A stretch of 63,997 nt of DNA, filler included, from an uncultured bacterium (GTDB taxonomy: Bacteria; CAYJOG01): the NCBI GenBank assembly GCA_964371695.1. It is 11 parts of 11 records of this genome, joined end to end, with 100 filler letters (N's around TTAATTAATTAA, not from the genome) between each part and the next. Parts side by side here need not be neighbours in the genome. Positions count along the whole stretch, not along the records: positions 48,675 to 54,568 come from CAYJOG010000197.1; positions 54,669 to 60,510 come from CAYJOG010000198.1; positions 60,611 to 63,997 come from CAYJOG010000387.1; 8 more parts are not named here. The stretch is one strand, 5' to 3'. This document shows, one piece after another, positions 52,579-61,714 of this stretch; within the stretch, counting starts at the first letter, position 1; every line of letters begins with the position of its first letter. The notes under the pieces were generated by a model that was not told the origin of the DNA, did no database searches, and saw nothing but the letters and a program-made list of their open reading frames with translations. The position numbers and the translations under genes are program-made.

Positions 52579-53451
52579 TTACTTCAACCCCGACAGCGCC
52601 ATCACCCGTGCGGTCTGGCGGGGGCGGTTCATGGTATAGAGGTGAATGCCGTCCACGCCCCGCGCCAGCAGACCTTTGATCTGTTTCACCGCCCAGTCGG
52701 TGCCCACTTCCTCGGCTTTGTCGCCGGCGGCCTCCAGGGCCTGTTCCAGCTCTGCGGGAAACTTCGCCCCGCACATTTGTGTGATGCGCTTGACTTGCCC
52801 CGGATTGTTCACCGGCATGATGCCCGCGCTGATGGGCACGGTGATGCCAGCCGCCCGGGCGCGGGCCACAAAATCAAAAAACACGTCGTTCTCGAAAAAA
52901 AGCTGGGTAATCACCATCTGCGCCCCGGCGGCCACTTTTTGGGCCAGATAGTGCAGGTCTTTCTCCAGGCTTTCTGCTTCGACATGGCCTTCGGGGTAAC
53001 CCGCCACGGCAATGCCAAACTCACCCTTGAACGCCGACTGCATGAAGCTCACCAGTTCACCCGCGTGGGCGAACCCTCCCGCCTGGGCCACGAAACGGTC
53101 CATGCCCTGGGGCGGGTCGCCGCGCAGGGCGATGACGTTTTCAACACCTGCCCGGCGCAGTTCCTGAAGAATTGCCCGGATTTCCTCTTGCGTGCTGCCC
53201 ACAGTGGTGAGGTGCGCCATGGCCTGGAAACCGTGCTTCACCAGATGACTGGCGATGAGCAGGGTAAAGGCCCGTGTGCTGCCCCCCGCGCCATAGGTCA
53301 CCGAGACAAAAGCCGGGTCCAGTTCCCGAAACGCGTCCAGGTGTTCATAGAGTTTTTCCAGGCCGTTTTCGGCCTTGGGGGGGAACACCTCAAAACTCAC
53401 CAAAGGCCGCTTTTTGGCCCTGGACTGTTCAAATAGGTCCTTTAACTGCAT
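52579..53451 (-). CDS. metF: 5,10-methylenetetrahydrofolate reductase
   Basis: SFEVFPPK, VTYGAGG, ALRGD, GYPEGH, ITQLFF, HLYTMN. Confidence 0.96.
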   Translation of the reverse strand: MQLKDLFEQSRAKKRPLVSFEVFPPKAENGLEKLYEHLDAFRELDPAFVSVTYGAGGSTRAFTLLIASHLVKHGFQAMAHLTTVGSTQEEIRAILQELRRAGVENVIALRGDPPQGMDRFVAQAGGFAHAGELVSFMQSAFKGEFGIAVAGYPEGHVEAESLEKDLHYLAQKVAAGAQMVITQLFFENDVFFDFVARARAAGITVPISAGIMPVNNPGQVKRITQMCGAKFPAELEQALEAAGDKAEEVGTDWAVKQIKGLLARGVDGIHLYTMNRPRQTARVMALSGLK

Positions 53452-53544
53452 GTGAAATAAGTTAACACATCAGGAGCGGGCCAAAAGCCTGTTCACGGTT
53501 TGGGTTGATAAAAACGGCTTCAGGACTTGTGATAATCTTGGCCC

Positions 53545-54568
53545 ATGCAGGCCAACCTGGAAGACCTGCTTTCTCGGCTGAAATCCGAGGATGCCAACGT
53601 CCGTTTTTCGGCTGTCAGCGAAACGGCGCTTTTGGGAAAAAACGTGGGCCAGCAGGCCGTGGGGCCGCTTCGGGAGCTACTGCGGGACTCTGACCGCGAT
53701 GTCAAGGCCGCCGCCGCCGGTGCGCTGGGGCTGCTGGAAACCCTGGCAGAAGAAGCCCTGCCCGAACTCATCAGCGCCACGAAAGCCCCCGAAGAAGAAG
53801 TCCGCGTCGCCGCCGTGGGCGCCCTGCGCCGCGTGTGCCCCGATGGCGACCGTGTGTTGGGGGCGTTGGGCACGGCGCTGCGGGATTCCAGCGCCTTGGT
53901 GCGACAATCCGCCGCCCAGGGCTTGGGCTGGCTGGGGCCACGGGCGGTGCTGGCGGTGCCCGCGCTGATCAAACGGGCCGACGAACCCGATCCGGCGGTG
54001 CGCCGGTCGGTGATCTGGGCGCTGGGCAAGGTGGGGCCCCTTGGGTTTGAGGCCGCGCCCGCCCTCATCAAGGCGCTTGCGGACAGTCAAAAAGATGTGC
54101 GGCTGTTTGCTGCCGCTGGTCTGGGGCGCATTGGCCCCGACGCACGGGCGGCCCAGCCCGAACTGGTGAAGATGCTGTCAGACCCCGATGGGGACGTGTC
54201 CAAGGCCGCCGTGTGGGCCTTGGGGCGCACCGGCCCGCCAGAGCCGGGTGTGGTGGCGTCTCTGGCTGCCCTGCTGGATGAAACCGACGGGGCCATGGCC
54301 ACGCTGGTGGCGGGCACGCTGGCCCTTTTTGGCAGCGATGCCAAAGAGGCCCTCACGGCCCTGCTGCACCGCTCCCGCGACCCCGACGACACGGTGGTGC
54401 GGGCCATTGCGCTGGCGGTGGAGGCCATCGAGCCCGGCGCGGCGGTGCGTCACGCCCTGCCGCTGCCCAGCGCCGACGCCCCCGCCCCCGACCCCCGCCT
54501 GCGCGCCGGCAGTGCCGATGGCCACCGTCAGAAAACCGTGCTGCTGGCCGATGACGCGGTGTTTGTGG
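53545..54568 (+). CDS. HEAT-repeat protein fused to the start of a receiver domain (3' truncated)
   Basis: About nine LxDxDxxVRxxAxxALG repeats, then KTVLLADDAVFV. Confidence 0.82.
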
Positions 54569-54827
54569 NNNNNNNNNNNNNNNNNNNNNNNNNNNNNNNN
54601 NNNNNNNNNNNNTTAATTAATTAANNNNNNNNNNNNNNNNNNNNNNNNNNNNNNNNNNNNNNNNNNNNAAACCCATCCAAAACAACCGACTTTACTAAAA
54701 AAAACCTTTTTTTTTTTGGCGGGTGGGGGACCCCGCCCCTACTCCAGGATGGTCGTGGCGCGACAGGGGCGTCGCGCCCACTCAAAAAGAGAGGTGTTTC
54801 CAGGTGGTCGAGTTGGAGGTGGCCAAG

Positions 54828-57431
54828 CTATCCCACGGTCTTGGAATCCACCAGCGGCACACCTTCATTAAGCCGCCGGGTCACGTCTTCTTCCATCATC
54901 GGCTCAGCCAGCAAAAAACCCTGCCCCAGCTCGCAGCCCAGCGCCCGCAGGTGATCACACTGCTCGCGGGTCTCGATGCCCTCGGCCACCACGCGCATGC
55001 CCAGGTTGCGCCCCAGCTCCAGAATGGTGCGGGTGATGTGCCCCCCCTGGGCCGGGTATTGCAGGCTGCGGGTGAAAACACCATCCATCTTCAGCGTGTC
55101 GATGGGCAACTGGTGCAGGTAATGCAGCGAGCTGTAACCCGTGCCGAAGTCATCCAGGCTGATGTTCACCCCCATGGTTTTCAGTTCCTGCAGCAGCCCG
55201 GCCGCCGTGTGGGCGTTTTCAAGCAAAACGCTTTCGGTGATTTCCAATCGCAGGTTTCTGGGAGGCAGGCCGCTTTCGGTGAGCACCCGGCGCACCTCCT
55301 CCGCCAGCGTGGGCAGACTCACCTGACGGGCCGAGAGGTTCACCGCCACCGTCCAGTCAACCATGTGGGGCCAGATGAGCCGCCACTGCTGCATGGCCAT
55401 GGCCGCCTGCATCATCACCACCAATCCCAGTGGCACCACCAAACCCGTTTCTTCGGCCAGGGGAATGAACTGGCCGGGCATGAGCAGGCCCTGTTCGGGA
55501 TGCTGCCATCGCACCAGCGCCTCAAACCCCGTGGGTGCGCCGTTTTGCAGGTTGACGATGGGCTGAAACGCCACCACCAGTTCGTTGCGCTCCAGCGCCC
55601 GGCGCAGGTCGGTTTCTATGCGCAGGCGGTGCATGGCCTGGGTGTGCAGGCCGGGGTCGAACACCACGCTCCGGGCCTTGCCCGTGGCCTTGGCCTGATA
55701 CATCGCCAGATCAGCGTTGCGCAGCAGTTCCTCGGCCCCCATGCCCTGAGCGCCGCACAGGGCCACCCCCACGCTGGCGCTCAGGCGCACTTCCTGCTCG
55801 GCCAAAGCAAACGGCTCCGCCAGTGATGCCAGCAGTTTTTCGGCCATGCGCTGGGCGTCTTTTTCGGTGCGGGCTTCATCCAGCAGCAGGGCGAACTCAT
55901 CGCCCCCCAGCCGCGCCAGCGTGGCGCCCTGGGGTGTGGCCTGCTCAAACCGCCGGGCGGCGGCAATCAGCAACTGGTCTCCCCACAAATGCCCCAGGCT
56001 GTCGTTGATGAGCTGAAACCGGTCCAAGTCCAGCACCATCACCGCCACGCGGCCCCGGCGTTTTGGCACGGCATGGCGCAGGGCCTGGGTCAGGCGCTCC
56101 AGCAGAAGCGCCCGGTTGGGCAGCGTGGTGAGGCCGTCGTGAAACGCGTCGTGCATGATCTGCTGCTCGGCTTTTTTGCGCATGGTGATGTCGGTGGCCG
56201 AACCCACCATGCGGCGCGGCTCGCCGTTTTCGTCGCGGGCCGCCAGCGCCCGGCTGGTCATCCAGCGATAAGACCCGCTGCGGTGCAGCACCCGGTGCTC
56301 CCGCTCAAAATGCGGCAACAGGCCCTTGAGGTGGGCCTCCAGGTCTTCGCGCAGGGCGTCGCGTTCGTCGGGGTGAACCCGCCCCAGCCACTCGATGATG
56401 GAGTTGCTCACCGGGTGTTCCGCCAAGCCCATGAGCTCCTTCCAGCGGGGTGAGTAATACACCTCCTCGGTCACCAGATTCCAGTCCCACAGGCCGTCTC
56501 CCATGGCCGTCACCGCCAGTTCAAAACGCTCCTGACTCAGGCGCAGGTCTTCGGTCATGCGCAGGCGTTTCAGCTCGGCCCCCGCCCGCGCCGCGAGAAT
56601 GTCGAGGGTGGAAAGGTTCAGCGCGTCGGGCGTGGCGGCGGCGGATTTTTCCACCACCAGAAAACCCAGGGGGGTCTGGTCTTCATCGGGGAATGGCGCG
56701 GCCATGAAACTTTCCCCCACCACCGGGCCAAAGGGACAGGGCAGTTCCGGGGCCTGTTCCGCACCGGGGCCGTGCAACACCGGCTGGCCGGTTTTGAGCG
56801 CCTCAAAAAACGCTGCGGGCAGGTCAAAGGGCTGGGCCGGTTTGGGCTGTTCCGGAAAAACACTCAGCACGTCGGCCCTGGGGGTGGGGCTGGGCAAAAG
56901 GCGCGCCACATAAATGCGCGAGGCCTTCAGCAGACCCCCCAACTGAGACGTGAGCGCCGGAAAAAAATCCTCGCCCGTCACGCCGCTGGTGAGGCGCTGC
57001 ACCAGTTCCAGATTTTTTTGCATACGCCTGCGCTCGGCCCGCTGGCGGGCTTCGTTCAACTCGCGGGCCACGGCGGGCAGCAGGCGCGTGAGGTTGTCCT
57101 TCATGATGTAATCACTGGCCCCGCCCAGCATCAGTTCCACCGCCGTGTTTTCACCGATGCTGCCGCTCACCACCATGAATGGCGTGTCCAGGCCCATTTC
57201 CTTCACAATCTGCAACGCCGCCAAGCCGCTGAAACCGGGCATGGAAAAGTCGGAAAGAATGAGGTCGTAGGGGCCTCGCGCCAGGGCCTGTCGCAGGCCG
57301 GGGGCGTCCCACACGCGGTGAGTGCTGAGGTCGTAGCCGCCCTTGCTCAGATGCCGCGTGAGCAGAAACGCGTCGTCCTCCTGGTCTTCAACCAGAAGCA
57401 GCTTCAACGGCACGGGGGGTGACGCGGACAT
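54828..57431 (-). CDS. REC-GAF-PAS-GGDEF-EAL c-di-GMP enzyme
   Basis: LLVEDQEDD/SDFSMP, DGLWDW, LGGDEF, FEALVRW, DDFGTGYSSL. Confidence 0.93.
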   Translation of the reverse strand: MSASPPVPLKLLLVEDQEDDAFLLTRHLSKGGYDLSTHRVWDAPGLRQALARGPYDLILSDFSMPGFSGLAALQIVKEMGLDTPFMVVSGSIGENTAVELMLGGASDYIMKDNLTRLLPAVARELNEARQRAERRRMQKNLELVQRLTSGVTGEDFFPALTSQLGGLLKASRIYVARLLPSPTPRADVLSVFPEQPKPAQPFDLPAAFFEALKTGQPVLHGPGAEQAPELPCPFGPVVGESFMAAPFPDEDQTPLGFLVVEKSAAATPDALNLSTLDILAARAGAELKRLRMTEDLRLSQERFELAVTAMGDGLWDWNLVTEEVYYSPRWKELMGLAEHPVSNSIIEWLGRVHPDERDALREDLEAHLKGLLPHFEREHRVLHRSGSYRWMTSRALAARDENGEPRRMVGSATDITMRKKAEQQIMHDAFHDGLTTLPNRALLLERLTQALRHAVPKRRGRVAVMVLDLDRFQLINDSLGHLWGDQLLIAAARRFEQATPQGATLARLGGDEFALLLDEARTEKDAQRMAEKLLASLAEPFALAEQEVRLSASVGVALCGAQGMGAEELLRNADLAMYQAKATGKARSVVFDPGLHTQAMHRLRIETDLRRALERNELVVAFQPIVNLQNGAPTGFEALVRWQHPEQGLLMPGQFIPLAEETGLVVPLGLVVMMQAAMAMQQWRLIWPHMVDWTVAVNLSARQVSLPTLAEEVRRVLTESGLPPRNLRLEITESVLLENAHTAAGLLQELKTMGVNISLDDFGTGYSSLHYLHQLPIDTLKMDGVFTRSLQYPAQGGHITRTILELGRNLGMRVVAEGIETREQCDHLRALGCELGQGFLLAEPMMEEDVTRRLNEGVPLVDSKTVG

Positions 57432-57584
57432 GGGCAAACCGGCTGGGCCGGGGGAGGGCTTGAGAACTCTTATTTTATCAGGCATGTATCTGTTCCTTTT
57501 TGGGAACACGGTGTAGCTATTTTCCTGCTTGGTTAAAAACGAAGCCTTTTGGATTAAAAGTTGTGTCAAAATCAGCGGCTCCAA

Positions 57585-58376
57585 ATGCTGGATGAAGTAA
57601 CTCCCATACGTTTTGACCGTTTCATGAACAGCGGAAAAACCAAGCCGAGCCTTATGGCCTGTCAGCGGGCTTCGAGCGAGGAAGTGGAAGTGGTTGTCAA
57701 GTTTTCGGCCAAGTGTGAAAGAAAAGTAACAGCACTGGCCATGGAAGCGCTTGTCGCTTGCTTGGCAATAGACCTTGGGCTGAATGCGTCTGAGCCATTT
57801 TTGGTCAGGATGGACCGTGCGTTCTGGGAGCACATTCCTGATCAGGAATTCAAAGACATCGCCCAAAAGAGCAGTCCCGTCGCCTTTGGGTCAAAAAAAA
57901 GTCCCAATGGGTTTACCACTTGGGCTTCGGCTGACAGGTTGACAAAAAATTCCTACGAAACTGCAGCGGAAATTTTCGCTTTCGACCTTTTTACACTCAA
58001 CCCAGACAGGCGGCCTGAAAACCCAAACTGTCTTTTTGACGGCAAATCCATCGTGCCGCTGGATCATGAACTTTGTTTCACACATTTACTGGGTTGGAAA
58101 CCCCCATGGGAAATTGGCAGCTTGTCACCCCAGTCCAAAGACGTCCACGGACACCTTTTCTTCCCGATACTGAGAGGCAAAAACATTTCTCTGGACCGGT
58201 TTCAAAGTGCATGGACAAGCAAAATTACGGACGAGCGTCTGGCGGAGTACGCCAGGGCGATACCCGAAGAATGGGGAGAGGCGTCAGACAAAGTTTGTGA
58301 AACAATTAAAGAAATCCAGAATCAGCGCGACAATATAGGGGCTAGCATCTCAGAGGTGCGGAGGGTGCTTTCGTGA
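57585..58376 (+). CDS. HipA-like (PI3/4-kinase-fold) kinase
   Basis: SGKTKP, VVVKF, MEAL, FDLFTLNPDRRPENPN, LDHE. Confidence 0.82.
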   Translation: MLDEVTPIRFDRFMNSGKTKPSLMACQRASSEEVEVVVKFSAKCERKVTALAMEALVACLAIDLGLNASEPFLVRMDRAFWEHIPDQEFKDIAQKSSPVAFGSKKSPNGFTTWASADRLTKNSYETAAEIFAFDLFTLNPDRRPENPNCLFDGKSIVPLDHELCFTHLLGWKPPWEIGSLSPQSKDVHGHLFFPILRGKNISLDRFQSAWTSKITDERLAEYARAIPEEWGEASDKVCETIKEIQNQRDNIGASISEVRRVLS

Positions 58377-59215
58377 CAAAAAAAATCGCTTACACCTATA
58401 CCATTCTGCGGTATGCGCATGACACGACCACGGGAGAGTTTGTCAACGTGGCTGTCGCCCTTTGCGCCCCGGAGATCCATTTTGTGCGTGCCAAGGGCAA
58501 GACCACCAGAGTCAGCAAGGTTTATCCGTCGGCAGGGACAAAAGGCAACAAACTGCAAAGTAGAGTTAAAGGGATTTGCGATGCGTTTAAAGCATTGGAA
58601 ACCACCCAGAAAAACCAGCTTGGGTTTTCTGACGACAAAACCATCATGACCATCGCCCATAAAATACTGCCCCATGATGACAGCTCTTTTCAGTGGTCCC
58701 CGCCTGGTGCTGGCCTGACAGAAAACCCCCAGAAAACCCTGGAGGCGCTGTTTGACCGGATGGTGACGAAGCATGAGCCTCAGCCCGAAAAAAAACACAG
58801 GAAAGAGTCGGAAATCTGGAGAGACTTCAGCCATCTTCTGGAAAATCGAAACCCTGGTCTCTCATTCATTCCAAAATCTGTTCTGACTTCAAGCAATGTT
58901 CCCTATGAGTTCCATCACGCTGTGAAAAACGGTTTCTTTCACTGTATTGAACCCCTTTCTTTTGATCTGGCCAACGAAGAAAACATCATTGAAAAAGCCC
59001 AACTCAAGCTGGGACAAATGATCAGTATCGAAGAAGCCCTCACGGATGTGAGGGTCTATTTGCTTTTGGGAGAACCCCAAAACGCTCAGCTACACGAAGC
59101 CTTCAAAAAAGCGAGAGGGATTCTTGGCATGGTCCCAAAATCGCTCAAGGTTTACTCAGAGGCTGAGAGCGATAGCCTAATCCGAGAAATTGAAACCGTT
59201 GCAGCGCACGGCTGA
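58373..59215 (+). CDS. DUF3037-like protein with a C-terminal extension
   Basis: YTILRYAHDTTTGEFVNVAVAL; GTGA overlap with the kinase stop. Confidence 0.78.
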   Translation: MTKKIAYTYTILRYAHDTTTGEFVNVAVALCAPEIHFVRAKGKTTRVSKVYPSAGTKGNKLQSRVKGICDAFKALETTQKNQLGFSDDKTIMTIAHKILPHDDSSFQWSPPGAGLTENPQKTLEALFDRMVTKHEPQPEKKHRKESEIWRDFSHLLENRNPGLSFIPKSVLTSSNVPYEFHHAVKNGFFHCIEPLSFDLANEENIIEKAQLKLGQMISIEEALTDVRVYLLLGEPQNAQLHEAFKKARGILGMVPKSLKVYSEAESDSLIREIETVAAHG

Positions 59216-60004
59216 TTACCCCTGTGCGCCCACCTGCACCACTTCGGTTTCGTTGCCGGCGGGGCGGGATGGCTCTTCGCCTTCGGTGAGCGCCCGGCGG
59301 GATTTTTTTACGTCCACCACCAGGGTTTGAGAGCTGATGAAACAATATCCCCGACCCCGCACATAACGGTCGTTGAAGCGGAACAACTGGCCCGGCTCGT
59401 TGGGGTGGGCGGTGTAAAAAATCACCTCTACGCCGCGCACGCTCTGACGCACACGGGGGGTGAGGTCAATGGGATAGGGAAACCGCACCACCAGCGCGGC
59501 GTCCACCGGATCGAATTCCGAGGGTTCGGGCAGTTCGGGCACGCGGTCCACAATCTGGTGTTCGTGCCAGCGCTGGGTTTCAAAAAAAGCGCCGATTTCG
59601 TCCAGCTCGCGGCTGAGCAGGCTGGCCTGCAAAAAAGACTCCGGCGTGCCGTCTCCAGCGATCATCGCCAGGGCGTGGTGGGCGCAGCGACTGAGCCAGG
59701 GCTTGGCGCCAGGGGGCACGGTGGGGTTGGGCAATTCTTCGGGCGTCAGTGTGGGGAAATCCCGCCCACGGGGCATCAGCAGACTGCCCCCCATGGTGGT
59801 GGAGCGCCACACGTAGGCGTCCAGACGCCACTCTGGCCGCAGGTGCAGCAGGTTAAAACCGTTCACCAGCCGCTGCACGTTGGACCTGGGAAACGGCACA
59901 AACCCTTCGGTTTCTTCCATGTCGGCCAGGGCCACGGCGGCGCGCCCCGCCGACAACCAGCCCTTCACCTTTTCCAGATGAATTTTGGTGATGACTTCAA
60001 TCAC
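59216..60004 (-). CDS. Hypothetical protein
   Basis: Long ORF with host-like codon usage; no recognised motif; start uncertain. Confidence 0.6.
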   Translation of the reverse strand: MIEVITKIHLEKVKGWLSAGRAAVALADMEETEGFVPFPRSNVQRLVNGFNLLHLRPEWRLDAYVWRSTTMGGSLLMPRGRDFPTLTPEELPNPTVPPGAKPWLSRCAHHALAMIAGDGTPESFLQASLLSRELDEIGAFFETQRWHEHQIVDRVPELPEPSEFDPVDAALVVRFPYPIDLTPRVRQSVRGVEVIFYTAHPNEPGQLFRFNDRYVRGRGYCFISSQTLVVDVKKSRRALTEGEEPSRPAGNETEVVQVGAQG

Positions 60005-60077
60005 GGTGGTTTCAGTATAAAACCTATGGGCAGCCCGTTTTCTTGCCAATTTTTGTCATGCCCTCTATCCTTTGACC

Positions 60078-60317
60078 ATGAACACCATGAACATTTCCCT
60101 GCCGGATTCCCTCAAGTCCTTTGTGGACGAGCAGGTGACACAACGGGGTTATGGCACCAGCAGCGAATATGTGCGCACCCTGATCCGCAAAGATCAGGAC
60201 CGCACCCGCTTGCGCAACCTGCTGCTCAGCGGAGCGGCTTCTGCCCCTGCCGGGCCAGCCGACGCCGCTTTTTTTGAGAGCCTGCGCGAAGGCATCCGGC
60301 AATCCGCCAAACGGTGA
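60078..60317 (+). CDS. parD: ParD-like ribbon-helix-helix antitoxin
   Basis: MNISLPDSLKSFVDEQV..RGYGTSSEYVRTLIRKDQ; TTGCCA-N17-TATCCT promoter. Confidence 0.88.
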   Translation: MNTMNISLPDSLKSFVDEQVTQRGYGTSSEYVRTLIRKDQDRTRLRNLLLSGAASAPAGPADAAFFESLREGIRQSAKR

Positions 60318-60460
60318 AGCACAAGCCGGTCATTCGCCGTTTTCTGGCCGACAGGGACATCCATGAGGCGGTGACTTTTTTTATTTCCGAAAACACACAC
60401 GCCACGGCGCACGGGATTTTCCTGAGTTGCTGCACCTGGGTTAGTGGTTCATTTATTTAA
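60314..60460 (+). pseudogene. parE: Truncated ParE/RelE toxin (48 aa)
   Basis: GTGA overlap with parD; MKHKPVIRRFLADRDIHEAVTFF... resembles a ParE N-terminus but stops at about half length. Confidence 0.7.
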
Positions 60461-60610
60461 AAATGAGGAGTAGGTGCGGTGTCCCCACCGCACTATGACA
60501 GCAGCGATGGNNNNNNNNNNNNNNNNNNNNNNNNNNNNNNNNNNNNNNNNNNNNTTAATTAATTAANNNNNNNNNNNNNNNNNNNNNNNNNNNNNNNNNN
60601 NNNNNNNNNN

Positions 60611-60852
60611 ACCTGGGGCCGTGTGCGCCAGAGCGCCGCCACCAAACGGGGAAAGTTTTTGCGCAGGCGGTGATCGCCCAGTTCCAGAAGCGGCACACCG
60701 GCGGGCACGCGGCCCCGCCACGGGCCGTTCTGGTCAAAGGTCACCAGAAAAGGCGCAAAGCGGCTGCGGTCCAGGTTTTCAATCAGGCGCAGGGTGACGT
60801 TTTCGGCTCCCCCCATCTGCAAACCGTTCAATAAAAATAAAATCCGGGTCAT
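60611..60852 (-). CDS. Glycosyltransferase family 4, N-terminal fragment
   Basis: RILFLLNGLQMGGAE...LDRSRF. Confidence 0.8.
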
Positions 60853-60893
60853 TGAAAAAATGCCGTGACGCAGGCCCTGCTAAACTTGCCTGT

Positions 60894-61703
60894 ATGTCCA
60901 GAAAAGTCATCTTATCCGTTTCGCTGACGCTGCTTCTGTTTTTGCCACAGACCGGTCGCGCCGTCGCGCCGGTGGCCGTGTCCCAGCAGTTTGAAAATCT
61001 GGAGGGCGTGGCCTTTTGCCCCGACGGCAGCGGTTATGTCACCGAAAACAAAAAGGGCCTGCTGCACCGCTTGAAGCCCGACCTCACCGCCGAAAAATCC
61101 TGGCCCCTGCCCGGTGCGCTGGGGCTGTTGTGTACCAGCAAGGGGGTGCTTTATGCCAATGCGTTCAAGGATGGCAAGGTGTTCCGCCTGGAGAAAGACG
61201 AACTGATTCTGGCGGCTCAGGGCATGAAAGGGGCCAACGCGCTGGCGGAACTGCCCGATGGCCGGGTGCTGGTGAGCGACAGCGAGGGCGGCGGAATTAA
61301 TGAAGTGTTGCCCGGCAAGCTGGTGCTCTTTTTGGGGGGGCTCACCTATCCCAATGGTCTGGCGTTTGTGCCGGGTCTGGGGCTGGCGTTCAACGCCACC
61401 ACGGGGCAGGCGGTGATGCTGGTGCGCGACCTGCAAAAACCGGTGGCCGAAAAATGGCAAAAGGGCCTGATGGTGCCAGACGGCCTCATGACCGGGCCGG
61501 ACGGAGCGCTTTATGCCGCAGAGTTTGGCCGGGGCAACGTGTTGCGGTTTACGGTGGCCGGTGAAAAATCGGTGGTGGCCACGGGGCTGAAATCTCCCGC
61601 CAGTCTGGCTTTTGGCACGGGGGTTTTTGGTCCGGGCAAGCTTTATGTCACCAGCCTCATGGGCAAGGGCATTTATGTGCTGGACGTGCCGGTGAAGCCG
61701 TGA
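60894..61703 (+). CDS. Secreted SMP-30/gluconolactonase-like beta-propeller
   Basis: LEGVA, PNGLAF, PDGL, PASLAFG, LYVTS. Confidence 0.8.
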   Translation: MSRKVILSVSLTLLLFLPQTGRAVAPVAVSQQFENLEGVAFCPDGSGYVTENKKGLLHRLKPDLTAEKSWPLPGALGLLCTSKGVLYANAFKDGKVFRLEKDELILAAQGMKGANALAELPDGRVLVSDSEGGGINEVLPGKLVLFLGGLTYPNGLAFVPGLGLAFNATTGQAVMLVRDLQKPVAEKWQKGLMVPDGLMTGPDGALYAAEFGRGNVLRFTVAGEKSVVATGLKSPASLAFGTGVFGPGKLYVTSLMGKGIYVLDVPVKP

Positions 61704-61714
61704 GAGTCTGATTT

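Noticed and set aside
57432-57866. N-terminal extension of the GGDEF/EAL ORF to 1012 aa
   Set aside because: It overlaps the HipA-like gene on the other strand; the receiver domain starts just after ATG 57431
6128-60610. Regularly spaced TTAATTAATTAA motif every ~6 kb
   Set aside because: Artificial scaffold linker inside N-runs; functional links across linkers were also disregarded
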